A stretch of DNA of 64,000 bases from NCBI GenBank assembly GCA_001768515.1, contig MEOA01000020.1, forward strand, positions 5,873 to 69,872. The letters run 5' to 3'. This document shows, in pieces, positions 1-8,779 of the stretch; the first letter of the stretch is position 1; each line of letters starts with the position of its first letter. Below the pieces are notes generated by a model. It saw only the letters and a list, made by a program, of their open reading frames with translations, made no database searches and had not been told where the DNA came from. The DNA comes from Bacteroidetes bacterium GWE2_42_24. Its GTDB lineage: Bacteria > Bacteroidota > Bacteroidia > Bacteroidales > TTA-H9. Both the position numbers and the translations under genes were made by a program.

Positions 1-7
1 TGCTTTG

Positions 8-540
8 CCGGAAATACAAATATCATGTACATGTTTTTAAAGGACGCCCCTTTCTAATTCTGTTTAAATCTATGTTTTCAGTTAGATCGTTTTGTAGTCG
101 CTGATGACCGGCAGGAGGGCGGTACTGGTCATTCATATGTCAAAAAATATCTATAAATGGCCACTCCTAAAATTGTACCAAAAATGGCACATAGTTATGT
201 TTTTTCATATATTAAGATACTTAAACCTTGCTACAGTCATAAGCAATACATAAGAAAAAGATATCTTTGATATAACTTTGGTGTATCTTTATTATGACTT
301 TAGTATAGAATCTAAACATAATAAACATAATGTCAATTGATTAAAAAATAGAATTTTGTGATAATAAGTTACTGGAATTTTTTTAAAAAGATGAAAATTT
401 TTTAAAATTGGTGTTTTTGCTATGATAAAAATCAATCTCAAAATTGGAAAACTATTTAATTGCTGGAGGGTGAAATAGTGGGAGCCTGCCGAAAAATTGC
501 TGGAGTTAAGTTGGCTATGGTTTGGTTGAACTAACCAATT
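8..540 (+). repeat. Non-coding paralogous segment 'element B', copy 1 (may extend left of the window)
   Basis: Collinear with 63473-64000 at a constant offset of about 63460. Shared strings include ccggaaata (8-16 vs 63473-63481), tacataagaaaa (247-258 vs 63707-63718) and tatctttg (262-269 vs 63722-63729), plus matching blocks around 325-410 and 437-520. There is no start-to-stop ORF of 60 aa or more on either strand. Confidence 0.7.
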
Positions 541-733
541 GAGTTCAACTGTTAAGGTTTCTTCACCAGTAAGTATGTAGAATTAATCTGACATAGAACA
601 TTCCTTGAGAAGAATCAAGTACGCTTGATTTATTTCCTACCGGGGTTAATGAAAAGATGCAGGTACCCGGCATTCTACCAACTTAAAATTATCCTTTAAG
701 GATGCAGTGATTACCCGGTTTTACCTCTGCCGG

Positions 734-1942
734 TTAATCGTGATAGATGTTCTTCTGTACCGGGGGCGGGGAGGGGTTAATGGTTACAGTCACAGCATCG
801 GTAAATACACAGCCGTTTCTAAGTGTTGCTGTAACCTGATACACTCCGTTGGCAGTTGTTGTTACGTTGGCGATAGTAGGGGACTGCTTGGTAGACGAAA
901 AGCCATTTGGACCACTCCAAAGGTAAGCACCTGATTGATATGAGGTGGCAGTTAACTGAAGGGTAGTTCCCAGACAAGGGCTGTTGGCTAAGGCTACCAG
1001 TGTAGGGGGATGGCTGTCGACGATGGAAAATCCTATGATTCCGGGTGCCGATGTATTCGCGCACAAGTCTTTTACTTCGCCGGTTAAAGCCAACTCATAA
1101 TATCCATCTACAAATATACTGTCGGTATCGAAAGTGAAATCGCGGTCATGATGCCCTCCTCCTATACATCCTGGTGCTGAAACCGAATTGAGGTGATAGA
1201 CTCCACCGGGGCCCGTTAGCTGGAAATCGGAAAGGTCTACCGATGAGCAAAGCAGAAATTCGCTGAACCTGACGGTCAGTATTGAATCGAAGCAGGTAGT
1301 GGGAAGGACTTCAATCATGGACGGTTTCTGATTATCAAGAATAACAGCAGTGCTTGCCGTGAAACTGAGCCTGTAGCCCGACTGTGAAGTGCTGAAGTTA
1401 CTTACATTGAGAACAAATGTTTCGCCGGCAAGGACTGGCACAACCGGTTCATTAAGGCCTCCCGGCCGTCCGTTGGCACCTGTTGGTCCCCTTTCTCCCG
1501 AATAGTTGCAGCTTACTTCAAGTTCATCGATTACTGAGATATCACTGCAAACATTGTGGGTCAGATTGAACAGGGCCCAATCGTAATCGTCGCCATTAGC
1601 CGGAATGCTTCCGGGGGTGTAGTTGTTTGGGGTGATGGTAAAACTCAGATTCCCCGAAGACTGAACGGTTATAACGTACCAGACATCGTTCTTTTCACCC
1701 GAACCCAGGCAGGAAAGGGTCGGGTCGATTTCCTGCGCATAATTTCCAACACCGCTGAAAGCTGTGCCCTGATCATAGATGCCCTGACAGACCGCAATTG
1801 CCCCAAGGCAATCCTGAACTGTAGGAATTTGCGCATAGGCCACTTGTAAGCTGTTAACGACAATAAATAATACAAGTAATCTGGTTCTCCAGACTAATGT
1901 TTTGGTCTTACTTCGCCACAGTTTTTGAATGCATGTACACAT
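734..1942 (-). CDS. Secreted Ig-like-repeat protein resembling T9SS type-B cargo, with no recognisable C-terminal sorting domain
   Basis: 402-aa ORF with an N-terminal signal-like hydrophobic segment (LLVLFIVVNSLQVAYAQ). It has a Cys-rich N-domain (DCLGAIAVC). The C-terminal Ig-like unit (YLWSGPNGFSSTKQSPTIANV...GVYQVTA...GC) is typical of Bacteroidota surface proteins. The ORF stops right after an inter-domain-like linker (TINPSPPP). Confidence 0.6.
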   Translation of the reverse strand: MCTCIQKLWRSKTKTLVWRTRLLVLFIVVNSLQVAYAQIPTVQDCLGAIAVCQGIYDQGTAFSGVGNYAQEIDPTLSCLGSGEKNDVWYVITVQSSGNLSFTITPNNYTPGSIPANGDDYDWALFNLTHNVCSDISVIDELEVSCNYSGERGPTGANGRPGGLNEPVVPVLAGETFVLNVSNFSTSQSGYRLSFTASTAVILDNQKPSMIEVLPTTCFDSILTVRFSEFLLCSSVDLSDFQLTGPGGVYHLNSVSAPGCIGGGHHDRDFTFDTDSIFVDGYYELALTGEVKDLCANTSAPGIIGFSIVDSHPPTLVALANSPCLGTTLQLTATSYQSGAYLWSGPNGFSSTKQSPTIANVTTTANGVYQVTATLRNGCVFTDAVTVTINPSPPPVQKNIYHD

Positions 1943-2326
1943 TTTACTGATTTATTTCAAATCATCTATCTGACAATTCTTCGTGATGAATGGTTGCTTG
2001 TATCCGCTAATATGTCTCATTCTATAAAAAATGTACTCATGGCCTTGTTGTGTTAAATAGATTGGAGTTGATGGATAATCTTTTACAACATTAGTATTAG
2101 TACGTTGGGCAGCCTTGTGTCCGAAATAGTTTTATTGACTAACTTCTGTCCATTGATCCTTTATTTCTATGCGGTTATGATGAACCTGGCGTGCCTTAAA
2201 TGAGGATGTTGTTCTTTGATAGGACCACTATTATAAAACACCTGATAGTTTGCAGGTTTCAGATTGACTGAGGTGTACTTGTAAAGACAGTATTTCAGAT
2301 TAGAGAAGGTAACTGGGAACATGATT

Positions 2327-3841
2327 TTAGAATATCGCATCTGCAAGGCTCGATTCAAGCATTTCAATCAGGTCAGGATAATGGTTCCATACCTGCATAC
2401 AGTTGTTGAAATAGTCAATTGCTTCCTGTTTGTCTGGTGTATCATACTCTTCTTCTGTATCGGTGGTCAGGTATAGTGCAATTTTTGGATTTGTCTTAAT
2501 CGCTTTTTCTATTGAAGCTTCGATTGACTTTTCATCAGCTCCGGTAAGTCTTTCGTAAATGATCCAATGGTAGGAAGCGGCATCCCTGTTGAGTTGTTTT
2601 AGTTTGTCGAATTCAGGCTGAAATCGTTTAAAGTCGTGTGTGTGCAAGTATAATAGCGGAAGCAATAGTTGGTGGTCGGGTTCGCATTTTTCATCGGTCC
2701 ATTTCAACAAGTATTCAGTGCATATAATAGCTTTATTATACAGCCCGAGTTCGTACAGAATAACCGATAGATCGCGCCAGACATCCAGCAGGTCGTAAAT
2801 CAGGGGCTCGTCATAAATACTATTATCGACTGTTCCATCAGGATCGAGGCTGATTTTCTGGCAGATGAGCTTTTCAACCCGACGCAGCATCCTTACCTTT
2901 TCGGCAGATTCGGCAAATAGCGACATGAGCAGAATATTGGCAATATTATCGGGTGAAATTCTGGAAATCTGGTCGGCTAATTCCTTCATCGACAGGTAAT
3001 GGCTCAGGTATGCTTTGCCAAGAAGAAGGTCGGCTTTGTCGTTAGTTGTCAATTTACTAAAACTAGCTGATTTAATGTCAATTGGTCCGTTTGTCCAGTT
3101 ATTGATAATTAATTGGGCCCGTTCATTATGCTTCGCATTATTAATGTTCTCAAGCAGGCGATCCCGAAGGCTGAAATACAAATCAACAAGATTCGTCAAC
3201 GCGAAGTCTTTTCCCAGCCGTTCAACCAGACTGTTTTCTTCATCCAAAAATCTATTTTGTTGGTCTATGGCTTCGATCAGAATTGATGTAAACAATTTGG
3301 AAATCTCATCGTGATGAACATCGGTAAACCATTTATCAACCTCAGCGCTTGCATCACTCAAATCTGCTTTTTCGGCTTTGGAAACCCGTGGTATCTCTTC
3401 TTCGAAATCAGGATACTGTATCGGGTTGTCATATTGACTTGTAAGTATCCGGGGGTATTTGCCTACCGGCATTTCATCACTTATTTCTATAAGCCTGATT
3501 TCAAACCACCAGCGGTCTTCATAATCATACAGCATGAACCATGTATCTCCGGTACTTCTGAACAAGCGATCGATCAGGTTTCTTTTTACATCCTTCAGTT
3601 TTGGAATGGCTAATTTTGTTGCTGACTTTTCAAATTTAGGCTTGGCCTGATCGTCTTTTTCGTTGTAAAATGAAAAAGAATTTTCATTGTCAAAATCAAA
3701 TGAGTTTAAAATGGCCAGGGTCATTTGATATATGCTTAAATGTGTCGGAACGAGCAAGGTGCGGTAAGGAAGTTGTTCAGGGGTGGCAATGTCAGAACCC
3801 AGACAGGTAGCTTTAAGGTGAAGAAGCTTGGAGGTATTCAT
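2327..3841 (-). CDS. pRiA4b ORF-3-like (PF07929-like) N-terminal domain protein with a long helical C-terminal region
   Basis: 504-aa ORF. The N-terminus (LHLKATCLG...YRTLLVPTHLSIYQMTLAILNSFDFDNENSFSFY ... GDTWFMLYDYEDRWWFEIRLIEI) matches my recollection of the family pattern (YDfGD-W-h-I block). The remainder is helix-rich and TPR-like. Confidence 0.5.
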   Translation of the reverse strand: MNTSKLLHLKATCLGSDIATPEQLPYRTLLVPTHLSIYQMTLAILNSFDFDNENSFSFYNEKDDQAKPKFEKSATKLAIPKLKDVKRNLIDRLFRSTGDTWFMLYDYEDRWWFEIRLIEISDEMPVGKYPRILTSQYDNPIQYPDFEEEIPRVSKAEKADLSDASAEVDKWFTDVHHDEISKLFTSILIEAIDQQNRFLDEENSLVERLGKDFALTNLVDLYFSLRDRLLENINNAKHNERAQLIINNWTNGPIDIKSASFSKLTTNDKADLLLGKAYLSHYLSMKELADQISRISPDNIANILLMSLFAESAEKVRMLRRVEKLICQKISLDPDGTVDNSIYDEPLIYDLLDVWRDLSVILYELGLYNKAIICTEYLLKWTDEKCEPDHQLLLPLLYLHTHDFKRFQPEFDKLKQLNRDAASYHWIIYERLTGADEKSIEASIEKAIKTNPKIALYLTTDTEEEYDTPDKQEAIDYFNNCMQVWNHYPDLIEMLESSLADAIF

Positions 3842-4442
3842 AGATTTGATTATCTACTCTGTTATGTTTTGGCAAATATAACAATTTAAGTTTTGATAAC
3901 CAAAAGCTCTTATTGCTTTTTCTTAAGGTTGGGGGAATAATTGTTTGTTGAATGCTGTGCTTAGAATTTCGATCTGATACGTTTGTGCCAGAAGTAAAAA
4001 TCCAGTGAAAATAGCTGGAGAATCCTCTGATTAATGGGTGAACTCCTTGTTCAGGTCAATACCAGCACAAATGTGTAACTGAATACTTCGCCACTAATTC
4101 TATGGCAAACACCTCAGATAGTTAGTTTCCCTTTATATCTATGATGTTTACGCGTTACGACAATTATGAGTATTTAATTGAAAAAACACGAAACAGATAT
4201 GTGCTTTTACAAATTCATAATAAGTCGATATATTTGTGTGTGTTAAAAAAAACCACGATTTTATGGGAATAATTCATGGAGAGGTATTATTAATGCAATT
4301 ACCGTTATAGACCGACTTGTCAATTTGATCTGGAAAATAAAAAGGGAAGAGTTTTGTTTATGACTATCAGATCGACATATTGATTATTAACAAAAACTGA
4401 TCTTCAATCCTTAAGAATAATCATGATGTCCCATCCTTATCT

Positions 4443-5243
4443 TTATAGACAGCAATCTTGTTTCAATGTCATGCGTTGTAAGTCTGCAAAGTTGCCCTTA
4501 AAGTAATTCAGGTCCACCGTGCCATGGATTCCGGAGAGCCTGAAGCGGTCGGTTCTTTGCCAAATTTTCCAGTTTACATCAGGCTGCTGATAATAATCAC
4601 AAAGCCATAATTGGTAATTTTTATGAAGGTTTCCTTTCAGGTACTTCATGTAAAAGTTTTCATCGGTATAAAGGATGGGTTCAACGCCGTAATGTTTCCC
4701 GACAATTTTCATCCAGTTGTTAACCTCTTTAATTATTTCCCGTTTTGCAGGCATTCGGCGGGCTCTTTCTACATCAAGCACGGGAGCGAGGTCTCCTTTG
4801 TGAAGTTTTGTGTTAGCGATGAAATGGCGAGCCTGGGCTTCTCCTGAAACACGATAGGAGAAAAAATGGTATGCTCCGCATAAAATCTTTTTTTCTCGTG
4901 CTTTCGCGTAATATTTCTTAAACCGGGTATCAGTATGGCTCCCTCCTTCGGTTGATTTCAGAAAGATAAAATAGGGTTTATCGGTTAGGTGGTTCCAGTT
5001 GATGATCCGCTGATGATGTGAAATATCTATTCCCCAGATTGTTTTTTTTGGAATACCGGCAACAGTCAGTGGGGCGGATAGCCGGCGTTTCGCAACAGGT
5101 GTTACCGTCTTCGACCTGAACAGACAGAACGGAATCGCTATCAGGGAAGCAAGAAGCAACAGCAGAAGCGTGAAAAACAATATTTTTCTTCTGTTATAAC
5201 CCAATTCGGACTTCATGTGTGATTGACATGCAAAAGTAGCCAA
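4443..5243 (-). CDS. Glycoside hydrolase family 25 lysozyme (muramidase), membrane-anchored
   Basis: 266-aa ORF with an N-terminal TM segment (ILFFTLLLLLLASLIAIPFCLF). GH25-like motifs are present: GIDISHHQ..INW, FIFLKSTEG, GAYHFF, APVLDVE. Confidence 0.8.
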   Translation of the reverse strand: MATFACQSHMKSELGYNRRKILFFTLLLLLLASLIAIPFCLFRSKTVTPVAKRRLSAPLTVAGIPKKTIWGIDISHHQRIINWNHLTDKPYFIFLKSTEGGSHTDTRFKKYYAKAREKKILCGAYHFFSYRVSGEAQARHFIANTKLHKGDLAPVLDVERARRMPAKREIIKEVNNWMKIVGKHYGVEPILYTDENFYMKYLKGNLHKNYQLWLCDYYQQPDVNWKIWQRTDRFRLSGIHGTVDLNYFKGNFADLQRMTLKQDCCL

Positions 5244-5302
5244 AAGAATCGTTCATCACTGAGCCTAATCAGCCTTTTGGGGAATTAGATCCGGAATTCA
5301 AT

Positions 5303-5821
5303 TTATTTTGAAATTCCGGCGAAGTCACTCCACCCTGATATGTAATAATTCCCGGTTGTTTCTTGTTTCCATACGGTGGTCGAGACTGTACGGTCATCAC
5401 CGCCCCAGTGTGTAATAGGTGCATAATATTCAACATAGTTTGGCTGTTCATGGAGCAATATCTCTGTCCCATCTCCAGGATCTACACCCAGTCGGTATTC
5501 TGCATAATGAAGATTTGGTATGCTCAGGGTGAAAAATGTGTGTTCACCCGGGTTAAGCTTTTTGCCACCAGTCAGCAAATTTTCGCTCCATGTGTTATCG
5601 CTGTTTGACAGCTCCGATCTGGTTGTTTGGACGGCTCCCATTTGTCTGATGGAGATATATGAGATGGAAGCTACAGATCGTGTGTCGTTTACGAATTTTA
5701 CATACAGTGTGCTATGTGGCTCAGGTATCGGTTCGGTATTTTTGTCTTTTTGGCATCCTGTTGTTACAACAAGAGCGGCAAGCAGAAACAGACTGAGATT
5801 TGTGAAAAGGTATGTTTTCAT
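5303..5821 (-). CDS. Hypothetical lipoprotein
   Basis: 172-aa ORF. The signal peptide has a lipobox-like end (LLAALVVTTGCQKD). I recognised no family. Confidence 0.55.
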   Translation of the reverse strand: MKTYLFTNLSLFLLAALVVTTGCQKDKNTEPIPEPHSTLYVKFVNDTRSVASISYISIRQMGAVQTTRSELSNSDNTWSENLLTGGKKLNPGEHTFFTLSIPNLHYAEYRLGVDPGDGTEILLHEQPNYVEYYAPITHWGGDDRTVSTTVWKQETTGNYYISGWSDFAGISK

Positions 5822-5999
5822 GGCATATCGATTTGTATGATGTTAATGGAATAAAGTTAATCAGATGCTGACTGGTGCTAACCTTTAATTGATTATCCGG
5901 GTGTCTGGTATGATTATTTGCCGGGTAATAATATTTAATGGCTATCCGGTCATTACCCGTTCGTTAGATGTGTTATCCATGATCTTTAGAAAAGAACAA

Positions 6000-6200
6000 T
6001 TCTTACACCCGTGTAATACCAAAGACAGGGTTCATCCGATACTACTTCGTTTTGGTTTCGTGATAGCACGAACGCGTTACGAAGCGACTTCGAAGCGACT
6101 TCGAAGCGATGATATGTTTGATCACTGTCTGTCAATGGTTTGGCAATTTCATGTATTGTTTTAGAATAATGTGGGTTTTTGGAAGCATTTGAGCTCATGC
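6000..6200 (-). repeat. Non-coding repeat 'element A', copy 1 (inverted relative to copy 2 at 63197-63412)
   Basis: The reverse complement aligns with 63197-63412. Shared blocks are cattattcta, atatcatcg, gcttcgaag repeats, tcacgaaacca.aacgaag and accctg....t.t.acac.gg. It contains 11-nt tandem units cgaagcgactt at 6080-6110. Confidence 0.75.
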
Positions 6201-6996
6201 TAACGTTTGTTTTCGAGCAATTATTCCCCAATTAGTTTAGAACTATGCCCAGAGAATTTGTGTTGATTTATGAATTGTAGTCTTCTTTATGTGATAACCA
6301 ATACCCTCAAATTTCCCTTATCTTTCCTCCCATAATAGGATTGAGTCACATGCCTGATATTTAAAATCATCCAGCAATTTTAAATCAACTTTATAATTAA
6401 AGCATTTCTTTCCTGATGGAAATATTTTTTTCAAATTCTATTTTGTGCATTCTGAAATTTCAGTCAACAAAATGTAGAATTATTCCAGGCCAAAGTCAGA
6501 TGCCCTATTTGCTATTTAATCGATGAAGGAAATAATATTTTGATTTCTGACTTTCGGTGGATGGAACAAGGTCTTTATCGGTAGATGATAATTAGTTTGA
6601 TTATTAGATTATTGGTGATTTGTGATTTTGTTGTTAAGCCCTAAATCCACTAATTGTTTTTGGATAATGCTCAATTCTGATTCTTAACCTATTCATTACC
6701 AACAGTCAGCTCCTTTTGTCTCGAGGTAGATCATCAGGAAGGCAGGTATGGCAAAAATATAAGGATTAGGGGATTTCTACGATTCAGAAGCTAAGTGAAA
6801 AGGGAGCGGTGTTACTCACTGGTAACATTCTTTATTCTGTGTGCAAAATTGAGCACCATACTCCCGATGACTATCATGAAATACCAATACCAAAGCTGAT
6901 ACCAATTCCGATAGCTATTGTGAAAAGCCAACGTTTGTGTAATGATTTGTTGAGCCGGTACGACAGGTATGGCTTTCTTTTGCGGCAGAGCTCAGC

Positions 6997-7719
6997 CTAT
7001 TGATTTTTATCAATCAGGGTGAAGATCATTGGCAGATCACTGGCAGTGATGATATTGAGGATGGGCAGTTCGGGGCGACCGGTTTTAGTGACAATGACGG
7101 CTTGCAGACTTCCTCCGTCACGAAGTTGTGCTTTGAAGAGTTCGTAGACATCGTGTAGTCGTGATCTGGAATTGACGATAGCGTATTTTTCTTTAATGGC
7201 CCAGGGGAGAACTTGTTCAATATTGGCAGTTTTCAGTTCGTCGAGTTGGGAAATGGATGATGAAAGCCATCGGGCAATCGACCGTGCAGTCAGTAGCCCA
7301 ATAATCCTGTTACCGTCAACAATTGGGCAGCGGGTGAAGTCGTTTTTACCGAAGGTGATGAGGGTTTCCTTTACCGAAGCCTGCTTTGTGATTCTAAAAA
7401 TATCTCGATGAGGCAGGTTGGCGATTGAAGGGGGATTGAGGATAAGGTCTCTGATCCGGCAGATTTCTTCAACAATGTCGGGGTGAGGCTCTGCAATCAC
7501 GAAGTTTTCCCTTCGGTTATGAACAATGGCATTGCGAAGTTCAGCATATTCCCGTAAGTCGGCACCAAAACGTTTTATCACACTGTCAGTTGACTGCATA
7601 CGACGGATCAGTTCAGCAAAACCGACATGAAAGCCGGGTCTGAAGCGTTCATTCAGTACCTGTTCAATCTGATTAAAGGCATCCAGAAATTTATCCGAAT
7701 TTATAGTGTTTGTATACAT
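6997..7719 (-). CDS. HEPN-like (R-x4-H) N-terminal domain fused to a CBS pair
   Basis: The ORF is open to 7923, but the first plausible ATG before the conserved part is at 7719 (MYTNTINSDKF...). The helical N-domain carries AELRNAIVHN, with R at 7534-7536 and H at 7519-7521. Two CBS-like units follow: IFRITKQASVKETL...CPIVDGNRIIGLLTARSI and AIVNSRSRLHDVYELF...AVIVTKTG...ILNIITASDL. Confidence 0.6.
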   Translation of the reverse strand: MYTNTINSDKFLDAFNQIEQVLNERFRPGFHVGFAELIRRMQSTDSVIKRFGADLREYAELRNAIVHNRRENFVIAEPHPDIVEEICRIRDLILNPPSIANLPHRDIFRITKQASVKETLITFGKNDFTRCPIVDGNRIIGLLTARSIARWLSSSISQLDELKTANIEQVLPWAIKEKYAIVNSRSRLHDVYELFKAQLRDGGSLQAVIVTKTGRPELPILNIITASDLPMIFTLIDKNQ

Positions 7720-8016
7720 GCGGAGGTTCAGGTTGGAAATACAGTTAGGATTAATAAAATCAGTGCGTTGTGCTATTTTGACTTCGGTGGCAGAAGGTAG
7801 AAAAAGATAAATAGACAGGTGTTCATGTTTATTTACCGGTAAGTGACAAAAATACTTGTTTTTTGCTGCATCTGCTATTAATTTCACCACATCATCAGTC
7901 GATGTTGAAAGATATCGGCACACAACAGATAGTAAGGTTGCATTATTGTCGGAGAAAACATTTATGTGGAGAGAACAGCCCGATGGGTTTTGTTCATCTG
8001 GCCGCCGACAATTCGA

Positions 8017-8055
8017 AAAAGTCCCCGGGGTTTACCTCCGGGGACTTTTAGTTTT
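8017..8055. terminator. Bidirectional rho-independent terminator-like hairpin
   Basis: The stem aaaagtccccgg / ccggggactttt (8017-8028 and 8038-8049) is followed by a T-run on the plus strand (8051-8056). On the minus strand it is followed by ttttt. Confidence 0.6.
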
Positions 8056-8071
8056 TTATAATAAAGTGGAT

Positions 8072-8107
8072 TTCAAGAAAAAACCAGACAAGCACGCTTG
8101 TCTGGTT
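8072..8107 (-). terminator. Rho-independent terminator (minus strand)
   Basis: An 11-bp stem aaccagacaag / cttgtctggtt (8082-8092 and 8097-8107) has a 4-nt loop. On the minus strand it is followed by ttttttctt. Confidence 0.65.
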
Positions 8108-8151
8108 TCAGGGTTAAAGTTCGGAATTAATATTTTTTATCGGTATCTGAT

Positions 8152-8286
8152 TTAGCTCTCATGACCGTCGATAAAACGGTAGGAACCGTCTTCCTGTTCC
8201 TCAGCCAGTGGTGCATTCCTCAGCTCATAAATTATGCTTCCGGCAAAAGCCCCTATCAAAAAAATGGCAATCACTAAATTAATCAT
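8152..8286 (-). CDS. Possible small membrane peptide (44 aa), below the ORF-track cutoff
   Basis: My own translation gives MINLVIAIFLIGAFAGSIIYELRNAPLAEEQEDGSYRFIDGHES. It has one hydrophobic helix followed by an acidic tail. A GGAGG lies 8 nt upstream of the ATG, and two terminators follow. Confidence 0.3.
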   Translation of the reverse strand: MINLVIAIFLIGAFAGSIIYELRNAPLAEEQEDGSYRFIDGHES

Positions 8287-8310
8287 ACTTGCCTCCACAA
8301 AAGGTAGTTT

Positions 8311-8490
8311 TTAACGATTTCCCGATCGCACTCCAAGGTTAATAATCTTCCTTAAGCCTTCAGTTTGTTTTCGGTCAAATTCCTGTTCAGAGTTCTTTTT
8401 TACATTGGATGTTTGATTTTCAGTTTTATCTGCTTCGCAACATCTCTTCTGAAAGACAAAAAGGAGTTCGTTAACCGAATGAATAGACAT
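8311..8490 (-). CDS. Possible small hydrophilic protein (59 aa), below the ORF-track cutoff
   Basis: My own translation gives MSIHSVNELLFVFQKRCCEADKTENQTSNVKKNSEQEFDRKQTEGLRKIINLGVRSGNR. Its stop lies 24 nt upstream of the 44-aa ORF. Confidence 0.25.
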   Translation of the reverse strand: MSIHSVNELLFVFQKRCCEADKTENQTSNVKKNSEQEFDRKQTEGLRKIINLGVRSGNR

Positions 8491-8720
8491 AATTAAATTG
8501 GTATTAAATCAGGTTGCTGTCATATCGCAATTTTTATTCCAAAGTAATAATTTCATTGACTATTAGGTGTTTATACCTTCTTCGTTTGGTTGAAAGGTGA
8601 GGTGTTGGTTGTACACTATTAATGATCGAAAAGTGATGGTTTTTGTAATATGTTCTATATGAGAGGTTGATGGCGATATTTTTGTTAATTCATTTCTGAT
8701 GTCATTATCCGATATTGGAT

Positions 8721-8757
8721 AATGAAAAGTGGCGGCCTCTATGAAAAGGCCGCCACT
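8721..8757 (-). terminator. metK terminator
   Basis: A 10-bp GC-rich stem agtggcggcc / ggccgccact (8728-8737 and 8748-8757) sits just downstream of the metK stop. On the minus strand it is followed by tttcatt. Confidence 0.6.
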
Positions 8758-8779
8758 AAGTAAATTATTTGTTAATCAA

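Noticed and set aside
707-934. A 75-aa plus-strand ORF at the end of element B.
   Set aside because: It lies antisense to the 3' end of the 402-aa surface-protein gene and has an implausible Cys/Gly/Arg-rich sequence.
5986-6231. The 81-aa ORF here and the 86-aa ORF at 63146-63406 might be paralogous small proteins, because their translations look similar.
   Set aside because: The similarity follows the DNA alignment, but the reading frame switches between the copies in the 3' half. The starts and ends are also not conserved. The conservation is non-coding.
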